From the NCBI RefSeq assembly GCF_004010195.1, contig NC_057713.1:102737242-102801241 (forward strand): 64,000 nucleotides of DNA. The letters are read 5' to 3'. Source of the stretch: Chiloscyllium plagiosum. Its lineage: Eukaryota. Below the pieces are notes generated by a model. That model saw only the letters and a list, made by a program, of their open reading frames with translations. It searched no databases and was not told the DNA's origin. Positions 49,880 through 63,629 of this stretch are shown here, piece after piece; the first letter of the stretch is position 1, and each line of letters begins with the position of its first letter. The position numbers and the translations under genes are program-made.

Positions 49880-51480
49880 AAACCAAAATGGACAGGAAGC
49901 AGCTGTTTTTGAGAAAATCTACATCAGAACAGTAGTCGTTGTTAAAAGGAAATAATGAAAGTGCAGGGCCAACACGTTCTTGTAAATGGCGAGGAGTGGG
50001 AGCTAACATGCTACAGAATCCTGGATATTAAGGATTGTAAAGGATTGGATAAGGAAATTTAAAAAAGCTTAAAAGGCTTAAAACAGTAGATGCCGTAGAA
50101 GAGTAATGAACATGCAACGGGTTATTAAAAGAAGTTAGGAAATTGAAGAAGGAGCATTACAAAACACTGGCAACAAAATCCAAATGCATTTTATGAGTAT
50201 ATTAGGGTAAGAATATAACCAGGCAAAGAGTGGGACCCATTTGGAACTTCAGTGGTAAACTGTGGGAGGAGCCAGAATTTATAGGTGATGTTTTAAATGA
50301 GTACTTTACTGTATTCACGATAAAGGAGAAGGGTGTAGATACAAAGGAAGAGGACAGTGATGAGCAAATTACAATTAGGAGGGGAAGTATCAGTGGCCTT
50401 TAATTTGAAAAGTCCTCAAGCCTGGATGAGATAAATTTCAGGCTGCTGTGGGAGGCAAGGAAGTAAATTGCTAGGGTCCTGACATTACTTTTCAAATCCT
50501 CTCAGGACAGAAAAGGGTCCCAGAGGACTGGAAGACAACTAATATGGTCCAATATTCATGGATCTATAGGCCAGTGAGTCCAAACCTCAGTAGTAGGGAA
50601 ATTATTGGTAAAAAACTCTAAGCGACAGAATTAATCTCCACTTGAAAGTCAAGGATTGTCAGCATGGCTTTGTGAGGAGAAGATCACTGCTAGTACGCTT
50701 GATTAACCTTTGAGAGGAGTGACTAAAGGTATGGATGAGAAATATGCCTGGATATTTTACACATGGATTTTGGTAAGGCTGCTGACAAGATCTTGCATGG
50801 GAGACTGTAAAGAAAGTAAAAGCCCATGAGATCCACAGCAACTTGGCAAACTGGATCCAAAACTGGATTAATGATTGAAGGTAGGGGATAGTTGAAGGTC
50901 ATTTTTGTGACAGGGAGATTGTGTAGAGTGGTGCAGCGCAGAGTTTGGTGCTAGGTCCCTTGCTGTTGGTAGTGTATATTAATGATCCAGAATCTAGAAG
51001 CAGTGGTTAGCACTGCTGCCTCACAGCGCCAGAGACCCGGGTTCAATTCCCACCTCAGGCGACTGACTGTCTGGAGTTTGCACATTCTCCCCGTGTCTGT
51101 GTGGGTTTCCTCTGGGTGCTCCGGTTTCCTCCCACAGTCCAAAAATGTGCAGGTGAGGTGAATTGGCCATGCTAAATTGCCCGTGTTAGGTGCAGGGGTA
51201 AATGTAGGGGAATGGGTCTGGGTGGGTTGTGCTTCGGCGGGTCGGTGTGGACTTGTTGGGCCAAAGGGCCTGTTTCCACACTGTAAAGTAATCTAAAGTT
51301 CGCAGGTGGCACAAAAGTTGACGGTGTGATAAATAGTGAGGAGGAAAGCCTGAGACTTCAGCACGATATAGACGGGCTCGTCAAATAGACAGAAGAACAG
51401 CAAATCGAAATTAATCCTGAAAAATGCATTTTGGGAGGATTAAAGACAATGGAGTACATGATAAATAGAAGAACCCTTAG
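49880..51480 (+). mobile_element. Old CR1 LINE with a V-SINE (51001-51295) inserted in the RT
   Basis: YRPVS and QHGFVRRRS motifs. The SINE interrupts between YIND and KFAGGTK. Confidence 0.8.
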
Positions 51481-51897
51481 AAACAACTACTGGTATTTCT
51501 AATGAATATCAAAGTTTAAAAATTACTTTGTTCTGATATAAAGTAAATTGGTGCGAGTTGCAATGTTAAATATTCAAAGGGGAAATCACCCCATGTCTCA
51601 GGTGATAGCTGAAAAGTAGTCCATGTGGTCCTGTTCATGGTTCTGCCTCAGAAACGTTCCTCAATAAATAAAAGCAACCACTTACTAAACTTATCAGTCC
51701 ACCAGCATTGCTGTCTGGATTTGGGATCATTTAAAATTAATGAAATGGACTCATTCTGAATAAATCTAGTTTGTTTTGTAAACAGATAAATCATAATTTA
51801 GCTGAATGGCAGAAAAGGCATAAGTAGTTGAGGGACTTGCTGTTCCTAAGGTACAAAGCTCTCCAAATAACAAAAGGATTTAACTTATCACAGTATT

Positions 51898-52213
51898 TTA
51901 GATTAGATTAGATTACTTAGTGTGGAAACAGGCCCTTCGGCCCAACAAGTCCACACCGACCCGCCGAAGCGTAACCCACCCATACCCCTACATTTACCCC
52001 TTTACCTAACACTACGGGCAATTTAGCATGGCCAATTCACCTGACTTGCACATATTTGGACTGTGGGAGGAAACCGGAGCCCCCGGAGGAAACCCACGCA
52101 GACACGGGGAGAACATGCAAACTCCACACAGTCAGTCGCCTGAGTCGGGAATTGAACCCGGGTCTCTGGCGCTGCGAGGCAGCAGTGCTAACCACTGTGC
52201 CACCGTGCCGCCC
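51898..52213 (-). mobile_element. Full-length young V-SINE (HE1-like)
   Basis: Near-identical reverse complement of 25564-25889. Confidence 0.95.
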
Positions 52214-52758
52214 ACGGTGACACGGTGGCACAACGTAAAACACAGGCTACACATTTGCTTAAAATTAAGAATGTATGAAATTTTGTTTGGTTTTCATTTG
52301 AACCTAAAGCATAAGATTACTACATAAAAGTATTTCCAGCCAGTTGTGGACCACAACAAATAAAGGCAGTTTGCACAACGTGATTATAGGGTTGCCTTTC
52401 TGTCAGGGATTCATGCCAGGAGCTTTTATGATAGATTAAACTGGTTATAACAGTTTAACCACCAGGTGTGAAACTGTCACACGGAAATTCATTTTTTTTT
52501 TATCAAGAACTATGCCATTGCAACACAATTACTGTGTTTAGATGTAGTTCTGAAGTTTCAAGGGATTAAACAATTATAATGGTGTTCAGCAGCTGGCCAC
52601 TTTGGACAGATGAATCCAGCATCATGGGTAGCTTCTCCAAAAGAAAAGAGAGAATATAAAAAAACAACAGATCTCTTTTGGATGTTTACCTGGTTTTTTT
52701 CCTTTAGTTTTATGTGGCTTCCCTCTTAAGTTATTAATGCGCTCTTTATAGCACAGAT

Positions 52759-53083
52759 GGGAGGCAATGGCCTAGTTGTGTTACTGCCGGATTGTTAATC
52801 CAGAAACTGAGGTAATGTTCTGGGGATGCACAGCAGATAGTGGAATTTGAATTCAATCACTATCTGGAATTAAAGTCTAATAACCATGAAATAATTGTTG
52901 GGGAAAAACCCATCTGGTTCACTAATGCCCTTTAGGGAAGGAAACTATCATCCTTACCTGATGTGTCTTATATGTGACTCCAGACCCACAGCAATGTGGT
53001 TGACTCCTAATTGCCCTCAGAGATGGGCAATAAATGCTGGCCCAGCCAGGAATGCCCTCATCCCATGAACTAATTAATAAAAA
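52759..53083 (+). mobile_element. tRNA-derived SINE, second family
   Basis: Homologous to 46074-46425. Confidence 0.8.
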
Positions 53084-53439
53084 GATATATTTCACTCCTT
53101 GTGATGTATGTTAGCCCACTTATCCCAATGTTTGAAATTCATTTTTAGGCCCTGCACATTAAAATTTATATGCCTTTGCTAAATCTTGTTTAATTCCAGC
53201 ATTTATATAAATTACTTAACAGCTACTACTAGTGGCCCGACGCACAACACCTACTACAGTTATCAATTTAAATTTTTCGTTTGTGCTATAAAATTTTCAC
53301 CGTCTGCCTCTTGGTACATCCTCCCTTGTTGGAAATGATTTAATCCATAATTGTTAAAACTTTTCCTTCTTCCTGCTTTTCCTATAGATTTTGTAACCTG
53401 ATATATATAGTTTGAGTTGTGACATGGTTTTGAAACATA

Positions 53440-56400
53440 TTCACACATGGGTCATGGCTATCACTGGCATTTTCTTGTGGATTCCTATGCACTTGAGAAG
53501 GTGGTGGTGATATCACCTTAAACTAGTACTGTCAATATGTTGTATATGTATCAACAGCTATGCTCCCTCTAAATTGCATGGCTATACTTAGGCTCAGAGG
53601 TTCTGTGCAATACATTGTTGTGGAATTCTTTGGTTTCTGAGGCAATGGACCTTATAGATCTGTACAGCAGAAAAAAAATAATTGGGGGAAAACGTTGATC
53701 CACAATGCTGATAGGAAGGGAGTTCTAGGATTTTGACTCAGCAAAGGTGAAGGCAGAGACATGGTTCCAAGTCAGGATGCTGCAAGGTTTGGAGAGGAAC
53801 ACGTTCCATTACGTCTGTTTATTTTGTATCTCTAGCTGGAAGAGGATGCAGTCTTAGTAGGTGCTATTAAAATTGTGATTACAGCAAGTTATTACAGTGC
53901 ACCTTGTAGATGATACATACTTCTGCCACAGCATCAGTGGTGGAGGGAACAAACATTTAAGGTGATGGATGGGTTGACAATTGAGTAAGTTGCTTTTTCC
54001 TGGATGGCATTGGCAATTAGGAGAGAACTTCATCACAGCCCTAAACTTGTGCCTTGTAGATGGTGATTAAATTTTGGGGAGTCGGGGGTGAGCTACTTCA
54101 CTTCTCGGTTGATGCGCTGGGCAACTCCCAAATGGACTTGGCAGAAGTTTAGATTGAATCCGCAGGTTCTGGGATCACTTACTCCTCTCTGTTGCATGTT
54201 GCTTCCACTGTCTGGCATGCAAGTAGTGCTGCATTGTAACACCAACAGATTGACACCTCATTATTAATTGTGTTCTCAGCATGCCCACTTGCACTCTTCA
54301 ATGAACCAGATTAATCCTCAGGATGCCCTGTCAGTCTGGAGGTTTATCAAAAACAAACTTATTCATGTCCCATGGGCTTTGTTGGCTCAGCCAGCAATTA
54401 TTGCATCATTAGCTGAATGGGAGATGGCGTTGGTAGTGAATGGTCTTCTCTAACCGTTGAAATCCATTTGGTATAGGTAAACCCACAATGCTGTTAGGAA
54501 GGGAATTCCAGAGTTTTGATTTAGTGACATCGAAGGAACATCGATATATTTCCAAATCAAGATTGAGTGTGGCTTGGAGAGGTATGAAAACACACAAGTT
54601 CTACAAATTCATCTGCTACCCTTGGCCTTTGCTTTGGTAGTAGTCATAGGTCTCGAAGGTGCTGTCCAAGAAGCCATGGTGAATTTCCACAGTGCATCTT
54701 GTAAATGATACACACTACTACCACTGTGCATCATTGGTGGAGGGAGAAAATATTTGTAGATACAGTACCATTCAAGCAGTTAATCTGACAGCATTCAATT
54801 AGATTCCTGACTTGTGCCCTACATGTGATGTACAGATTTTGGAAGGCAAGTTACTCACTGCAGGGTTCCTAGCATCTGTCCTTCTCTTGTAGCCATAGGA
54901 TCTACATAGCTAGTCAAATTTGGATCTTGGTCAACGGTAACCCCAGGATAATGACAGTGGAGGATTCAGTGATGGTAAAGCCATTGAATATCATTAGCAA
55001 TAGTTAGCGTTTTTCTTCTTGAGATGCTAATTGCCTGGTGTGGAGATGCAAATGTTATTCACCACTTATCAGTCCAAGCTTGGTTATTGTCCAGGTCTGG
55101 TTATTGTCCAGGTCTTGCTGCATGTGGACAAGGACTGCTTCAGTACCTTTGTTGTCACAAACAGTGCTGAAAATTATGCAATTATCATGAGCATCAGACT
55201 CAGACCCTATGATGGCAGGAAGGTGATTAATAAAGTAGCTGAAGATGGTTGTGCATAGCACATTATCAAGAGAAACACCTGTAGTAATGCCCTGGAGCTG
55301 ACAATGATTGGCCTTCAACAACCACATCCATCACCCTTTGTACTGAGCATGACTCCAATCAACTGAATGGTGTCATCAGTCACTGATGATGGGGATATTT
55401 GTGGTGCTTCCTCCTCCAAATTGTTTAATTGCTCACTATTATCTATAGAGTCATAGAGATCTGCAACATGGAAAAAGGCCCTTTGGCCTACTGTGTTCAT
55501 GCCAGTCAAAAACCACCATCTAACTATTCTAATTTCATTTTCCAACACTTTGCCCATAGCTTTGCATACCTTGGCATCATAAATGTAATGACTGGAGATG
55601 GCAGGACTGCAAAGCTTAAATCTGAAATGTTGCTGATTGAATCACTTCACCTTGTTCATTACTTGTTTGGCCCTTGAATAGTGTGTGCCTGTATGTTCCA
55701 GTTTGCCCAGGCTGACACTTTACTTTAGGCATGTACGGTCTTGTGCTTGGCATGCCCCATCAGTATTTTTCTTTGTATCAAGGTTGATCTATTGGTTTAT
55801 CAGCAATAGTACACTGGGGTAAATACTAGGCAGAGGGTGTTGCAGTACAACTCTGCTGCTGCTACTAATGGCCCAAAACGTCTCCTGGATATTCAGACTG
55901 AGTTGCTAGATCTGTTTGAAATCTACACTATTTAGCATAGTGCAGGTGTCACATGTGACAGAATACTGTCCTCAAATAGGAAGATGGGACTTCGTTTCCA
56001 CAAAGACTGAGTGACAGCTTCTCTTACCAATACCATCACAGAAAGTTACATCTGTGGCAGGCAGATTGAGGTGAGTGAGAGGAGGTATGTTCTTCCAACT
56101 TGTTGGTTCCTTCACCACCTACCACAGACCCAATCCTTTACAACTCAACCAGCTCACTGCTGCTGAACCACTCTTGGCTATGGGCATCAAAAGCATCCAC
56201 CCAGACCACATTCTGTGCCCTTACCAGCCTCAGTGCTTCCTTCAAGCAGAGTTCAACATGGAAACATGGTAATTGATAGGAGGCAGGAGTTTCCTTGCTC
56301 AAGCTTGACTGAGTACCATGATACTTCAAGGAAGGATCTACAGTCAATGTTAAGGACTGTCAGAGCAACTCTGTCCTGACTATATCACTGTGTCGCCACC

Positions 56401-56560
56401 TTTGGTGCATCTGTCTGACGGAACATACCCAGGGATTATGGTGGTCATGGCTGGTAAGAAGTTATAATTCATACTTTGCAATTCAGGTTGTTGCTTGACT
56501 AGTATGTAGGGCAGCTCTCCCAATTTTGGCACAAGTCGCCAGCTGTTAGAAAGGAGACCT
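53440..56560 (-). mobile_element. Array of old CR1/L2-group LINE fragments
   Basis: Reverse complements of the 3700/43720 family 3' ends and RT (ORF 55055-55327 HDNCIIF). Confidence 0.65.
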
Positions 56561-57529
56561 TCGCAGAACTCAGTGGTTTGCTAGCCTACCTCAAAAGGCA
56601 TTTAAGATTTGACCATATTGCTGTGTGTCTGGAGTCAAATGTAGAGAGAAGGCAACAGCAGATTTATTTTTGTAAAGAACTTTTGTGAACCAGATAGAAT
56701 TTTACAATAATTGGCAATGCTTTCATGGTCATTATGCAATCAATTTGTAATTCCAGATTTATTGTATGAATTTAAACTCTATTAGCTACTTTAGTTAAAT
56801 CTGAACCACGTACAGCTTATGCTCAAAACGTCGATTCTTCCACTTGTTGGATGCTGCCTGACCTGCTGTGCTTTTCCAGTACCACACTCTCGACCCCCAT
56901 GTACTAGGTGAATCAATTCTGAATTACTGGTCCACTTACATTGCCTCTACCATCTCCCCCATGTCTTGCAGTCATATCTATAATAGCCACCATGTTAGAC
57001 TCTTCAAATTAAACTTGGGCCTGGATTTCACTTAAGGGGTTTACTATATTCTACAACGATTTATAAACCTGTTGGACTACACAGCCTAGCTGCCCTTCTG
57101 GTTTCAGTTCTGTTTTTCTCTTCTGGTTTAATTACCTTACATTTTATTTCCTCATTTACCTGTGGTATCTAAAGTAAAACTTTTGATTGTTTCTTTACTC
57201 TCTTCATCTTTGTCTATTTATCTCTACTAATGTTTCCATTCAGCCCCTTCTCTTCATTTACTGCCTTAAGTTCATCATCTGCTAGGTTCCAGCCTGGTTC
57301 AGGTGGAGTCCATCCCAATGGTACAGGTTGATTCTGGAATATCCATCTGCACTTACTCAATGAGCAATGACGCTGGTTATCTGGAACCCCTTGGGTTGTG
57401 TTTCTAAGTATAACACTTTTTAGAGGACAGGGAGAATGCTGTATGTTACTAAGATCAGTGGAGACCAAACAGAGCATGCACGTGCCAGGAAAGAGATCGA
57501 ATTGAAGCGCAATTATCAATAGCCTCTAT

Positions 57530-57808
57530 TTTTTTGAAAAGACACAAAGTGCACGAATCTTTATTCAAATTCCACCACCAGGAAGATAGGAAAACACCCG
57601 GGTGGCCAGTGACAAACACTGCCCTACACATCAAAGGGCAGTGATGTGTGATCAAAACAGTGAAGGGGAGGGTAGGGACTAAATCAAAATAGAGTTGGAG
57701 GGAGAAATGATGCACTCCACTCCCTGCGGCACCCACCTCTCCCTGAACAACTCCAGGGTGTTGGTGGACACCGTGTGCTCCTTCTCCAAGGACACCCAGG
57801 CCCTAACG
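57530..57808 (-). mobile_element. 5'-truncated Tx1/L1-clade 3' end with polyA and perfect 16-bp TSD
   Basis: TATCAATAGCCTCTAT at 57514-29 and 57809-24. AATAAA and A-tail on minus. Encodes VRAWVSLEKEHTVSTNTLELFRERW... Confidence 0.85.
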
Positions 57809-58339
57809 TATCAATAGCCTCTATCTTTTTGCCTAACTGAAACCATGCAGCTGTTAGTATTTTCACTCAAAAGTCTGGACTTGATTAGTGCAAACAGGAA
57901 TCAACAGCTCTGCCATTTTCCACACCTGTTAATGTTTTGGATTCTCAGCATCATCTTCTTCATCAGAATCTACAAATTAAACAGAAGCAATAAAGGTCAA
58001 CCTCTGTGCTTCAGAGACAATGGAAGTGAATTATGCCAACAAGCAGGCAGATACATGTTCAGCCAATGCTACTCACTGTGTTTTCTAGTCTGAAAATGAT
58101 TAATGAATACAACACATCATTGTAACACAGAAATGGGTGATTCTGTCTAACCTGTTCTGTAGGTGTTACATTTAAATCCCATGTTTGCCTTGCTATTTTC
58201 CTTCAAACACTTCTTAACCGATTTTAATAAGTTGGTATGTTCTGTTTCAGTCAGAAGTGATTTCACAGTCTTACAATTTCTCAAGGGATTTCTCCTCCTT
58301 CCAAATCTCTTAATTTAATCTTTTATCAATAGACTATAT

Positions 58340-58925
58340 CATGTTGCGGCTGTGTAGGACATTGGTTAGACCACTTTTGGAATATCGTGTGCAATTTTGG
58401 TCTCCTTCTTATCGGAAAGATGTTGTGAAACTTGAAAGGGTTCAGAAAAGATATACAAGGATGTTGCCAGGATTGGAGGGTTTGTGCTATGAGGAGAGGT
58501 TGAATAGGCTGGTGCTGTTTTCTTGAGAGTATCAGAAGCTGAGGGATGACCTCAGATGTTTATAAAATCATGATGGGCATGGATAGAGTTAATAGACAAG
58601 GTCTTTTCCCTGGGGTGGGGTAGTCCAGAACTAGAGGGCAAAGGTTTAGGGTGAGAGGGGAAAGATTTAAAAAGGGACCTAAGGGGAAGCTTTTTCACAC
58701 AAAAGATGGTGTGTGTCTGGAATGAGCTGGCTGAGGGAGTGGAGAAGGCTGGTACAACTACAACATTTAAAAGACATCTGGAAGAGTATATGAATAGGAA
58801 GGGTTTAGAGGGATATGGGCCAAATGCTGGTAAATGGGACTAGATTAATTTAGGATATCTGGTCAGCATAGACAAGGTGGACCAAAGGATCTGTTTCCCT
58901 GCTTTACATCTCTATGACCCTATGA
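58340..58925 (+). mobile_element. CR1 3' fragment
   Basis: ORF 58341-58526 and CR1 tail. Confidence 0.9.
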
Positions 58926-60044
58926 ACCTTGATCACAGCCTTCACAACTGGAAACACATTCTGCTTCTATCAATCTTGCCTCTCTTCTCATAATCTGTTT
59001 CTCTCCCTGATGCTGCCTAACTTGCAGAGTATTTCTAGCATTTTTTCATTGCTATTTCAGATTTCCAGCATCTTCAGAATTTTCCTTGTGTGTTAAACAG
59101 ACACTCTCCCATTAAAGGGAGTGGAATGGCACTGAAAGCTAGAGCTCCCTTGGTAGCTAATGAAATACAACTTTAATAAAATTAAATAAACATGAAAAAA
59201 CAAATCAATGGATGTCAGTTCATAATTTAATAGGGAACCAAGGTGAATATGGGAAGTTCAGAGGAAACTGAAAAGAAACGGACAAAGAAAATACGTGAAT
59301 AGTTTTGCAGATAATGCAACAGAATTAAAAACATTGATTTTAACACAAATTTAAAAAGTACAACCAAAACAGATGTGACTTATTTGGGACCAAACAGATA
59401 GCTTGGATGGGGGTGGGTTGGGGGGGTGGTTTGGGAGTTATATTATTGAACTGCTGAGTACATTGGCCACAGCCTGTATCCTAGTGATGATGGCTGTGGT
59501 GTAGCAGCAAGGGAGACATGAGGCGCAATACTGGATTGGGTAACATAAAGAGGTAGTTAAAAGGTTTGACAGCAATTAACTGGCACATATAGGTGTAAAT
59601 CCTAGGTCACCAAAAATGTAAATTGTGGAGGAACTAAGCACAATCTCCCAAATATCCTTAAATAGGGGAGCTCTGAAAGGACACAGAAGGTTTTTTAAAA
59701 AAAACCCTCAACTCAAAAGAAAGACGACAGATAAACTGTTATACCTCCAGGATAGCCAACTCAACATTAATGGTGCAAAAATCTTAAAGGCCCAAGATAA
59801 AATGAATCGCCATTTGTAAAACATGAGTTAATATGAAACTAATGAAAAAAAAAACACCCAAAAGAACTACAGATGCAAGAAATATGAAACAGAAATGAAA
59901 TGAAATCAATTTGCTAAATATATTAATTTCATCAAGATGTTTGAACTGGACAGGTTTGATGAAGATGGTGCAGTTTATATTGAGTATATGGATTTTCAGA
60001 AAGTCACGAGATAGATGACAATATAATAGAGTTGTTAGAAAAAA

Positions 60045-61330
60045 AGCTATAGGGAGAGGTTGAATAGGCTAGGGTTGTTTTCCCTGGAGCATCACAGACT
60101 GAGGAGTGACCTGATTGAGGTTTATAAAATCATGAGGGGCATGGATAGAGAGAATAACCATGGCCTTTTCCCCAGGGTAGGGAGTCAAAAACTAGACAGC
60201 GTAGGTTTAAAGGTGAGAGGGGAAAGAGGCAGAGGGTGGTGTGTGTATGGATTGAGCTTCCAGAGGAACTGGTGGAGACGGGTACAATTACAACATTTAA
60301 AAGGCATCTGGATGGGTACATGAATACAAAGGGTTTATATTGGTCAAATGCTGGCAAGTGGGACTAGACTAATTTAGGATATCTGGTCGGCAAAGATGAG
60401 TTGGACCGAAGGGTCTGTTTCCATGCTGTATGACTCTAATCGAAGTGCATGGGCTTCAACTGAGTGACACCATAGATACAAAGTTGGCTAAGAGACAAAA
60501 AAAAAAAATCAAGCAGCGTTGAATAGTGGTTTTTCGGTTGCAAGGAAACATATATGCATCCCCCCAGGGACTAGTAATTGTTTTTAAAAAAAGTATACTA
60601 GGATGGCCTGGACGCAGGTATATACGGTAAAACTTCAAATTTTGCTGATGATATGAAACGTGGAAATGTAATAAACAATGAGGAAGTTGGAAACAAATTT
60701 CATGTCTCAGATTGGTGAAATAGGTAGGTGTATAACAGGTACAATTCAGTGTGCAGTGATGTATCTAGGTATGAAGAATAAGAAATGATATAAACTAAGT
60801 TATATAATTTTAGAGAACATACAAAACAGAGACCTGAGGTATTTACATAAATAAGCCTTTGATAAGGCAGGACAAATTGAAATGGCACTGAGTGTCCTAC
60901 GTATTTTGAGAAATTCTAGGGACCACACTTTAGGAAGGTTGTCAAGCCTTAGAAAGGATGCAGAAGAAATTGACCAGAATGGTACTAGTATGGGAGATGG
61001 GCATAGGTAGAGAAACCAAAGATGCAGCTGCTCTCCCTAGAACTGAAGAGATGCTTCCAAATGATAGTGGAGATAGGACACAGACTTGAAATGACATGAG
61101 GAATTTTTAAAATTTAAAACACATCAAGTTGCTGTGATCCAGATGAACTGCCTGAAAGATGTAGACACAGATGTAACAGTAATATTCAAAAAAAGAGATT
61201 GGAAAGACATTTGAAAAGAAATATTTTTAGACGCTATATGGAAAGAGTAAAGGAGAACTATTTTGATTGCTCTATCGAAGAGCTGGCACAGGCTGAATTA
61301 GCCAAATAGCCTCTTTTTGTGCTGCATCAT
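60045..61330 (+). mobile_element. CR1 3' fragment (60045-60440) nested in an older CR1
   Basis: ORF 60060-60323, with eroded KFADD motif and 3' end downstream. Confidence 0.75.
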
Positions 61331-62840
61331 ATGCTGCCAGCTACATCAATCTTGGTTCAACACAAACAATTCTAATTTAGATCTTTTTCACATTTCTAAC
61401 TTCCTGCAGGCAGTGGTCCAGTGTATCTGTCCTGCACATATCCATTGTCTCAACATCTTTCCTATAAATGTAAATGTATATTTATTATAATTGCAAAGGT
61501 TACCCCAACTGTTGTTTTACTGTCCCCTGGCAAGGCTTTTTAAGAGATTAACTTATTTTGTTGCGCAGCACAACAAACATTAAAACATTCAAATATTTAC
61601 TCAGCAGAATATTTAAATGCTACATGGACAATCCTTTCAGTTACAGCTAGCCCGTGCAATTATATCTTTTGGTTCCTCTTAAAGATAAACATTTTTTGAA
61701 TTTTTTTTTTATTTATAGCAGATTCTGAAGGAGAGAGCCCAAGATAAGTGAAGTGGTGGTTGTCCTGTGGTTAAAAACAGTTAAACGCCCACAACTCACA
61801 CCTGCAACAACTTAACCCAAACAAAACAGCTGCAATTAACACAATGCAGGAAATACTCACTGCGGTTTAAGGTCATGAGTTGGCTCTAAAGATTTGGGAA
61901 ACAGGCCCCTGCAGCAGAGAATCAATCCCTCAAAAGAAAAGTTTCAATCCAACTCTATGAAAATAACTGAACAGGGGAGCATGTGGTGGAGAGATGGTGC
62001 TCCTACTGTATTGCACATTGTTCAAAGAATTGGCAACTGAAATGGCACAGCCCACAGAAAGGGGGTCTTCTATTGAACATTGGGCTCATTAACCTACAAT
62101 AAGTTATGCATCCTAGTTTATGGAGAAAATTGAATTATTTCCAAAGCAAAAATTAAAAAAAAAATCAGCACTCATGATAGCTTCAATGCAAAATGATCAC
62201 ATTAACCCTGATCAGCCAACCTACAAATAGCAATCAGCATGGTTACACTGCAGGGTAGTCATTGGTTAACACCTGCTTTATGCTTCAGAAAAAGTACTTC
62301 TGAGAATCAGCGTCACTTCAACTTCTTCTGTTCTGGTTAGAACTGCATTTACACTTCAAAAGACTGTCCAGAAAACAGAAGACCATGTTTGAAAAATGCT
62401 CAGCAATTGCTCATAACACAATACAATTCAAAAATCAAGTTTTGTCCTATGGTGCAGGAAAGCATATTCAAAGAGGAATAACAATAACTATTCAGTAAGC
62501 ATTTTACTCAGGAATATGAATAGGTTGTAGCTTATTTGAAACATGCAAAAAAACAACAAATGTAAAAGCAAACTGGAAAAACTGCAGTGTTTGTAAAAAT
62601 GTTACAAAACCTTTGCCAACATTCTGGGTCACAAGCTTATTAGTGAACATGTGAACCAATACAATTCTTATGAGAGCATGTTAACACTTGGATTTTCTGC
62701 ATGTGCTTCCAGCCAGCATGGCTCTTGGTTCACGGTCAAAGATAAATTGATGACACCTACATCAGTGAAGGGCAAGTATCTTGTAGTACCTCCAATGCTT
62801 AACTGTTTAGAACTTGCTTACAGAAGGACTGGTCCCGTTC

Positions 62841-63629
62841 CGTGCAAGAATGCTCAAATTTCAGAAGCACTTAGGAATATGATATATAATAATGCAGATT
62901 ATTGTTTTCCTAATTTGTATCTTTAACATAAAAACTGGTTACACAGACACATGATTAGACAAAACACAAAAATAAATATTTGATGAGTGGTCATAATACT
63001 TCGTGAAAGAGATGGGTTTAGGAGGAGAAGTGGAAAGTGGAAAGCAGAAGTACAGATGGAAAAAAGTTCAGAAATTATGACCAAGATTATCATTTCCTGG
63101 AGGCCAGGGATCAAAGGTTTTATTGATGGTGCAGGTAAGACAGAACTTCATTGGAAGAGGAACTTTCTTCTACCAATGTGGATGCAGCAAGTGGAAGATG
63201 GTTGGGACACTTCGGATCTGGAGGGGTGAAATTGCTCCCATTGTATTCCCCCAATGACAGCTGAGTTAGTTAGTGGTGGAAGACTATGGGAGGAATTTGG
63301 TTCTAGAAGATGGTGGGTTTCAGTGGCTTGCACCAAGTGTTAAGGATTAAATTGTCTATGATAACAGGTGCTAAGAAAGGGAATCCAGTGCCAGTAAGCA
63401 CTAGATTCAGAACCATTCACATTTTTTCCACAGACTACAGCGTGCATTACAGCATGCATAATCAGTTTATGGGTGGACATAAATTGTGCAGGGAAGCGTG
63501 CAAGAATGCTCAAATTTCAGAAGCACTTAGGAATATGATATATAATAATGCAGATTATTGTTTTCCTAATTTGTATCTTTATCTGCATGCATAATCAGTT
63601 TATGGGTGGACATAAATTGTGCAGGGAAG
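62841..63629 (+). repeat. Local duplications: 85-bp copy (62841-925 = 63497-581) between 45-bp direct repeats (63452-496 = 63585-629)
   Basis: Exact sequence identity by inspection. Confidence 0.9.

Noticed and set aside
61861-61908. Possible 48-nt minus-strand exon (GLFPKSLEPTHDLKP) of a neighbouring gene
   Set aside because: Splice-like sites only. The peptide is not recognised and no partner exons were found. No STARD3NL or AMPH exons were recognised in the window.
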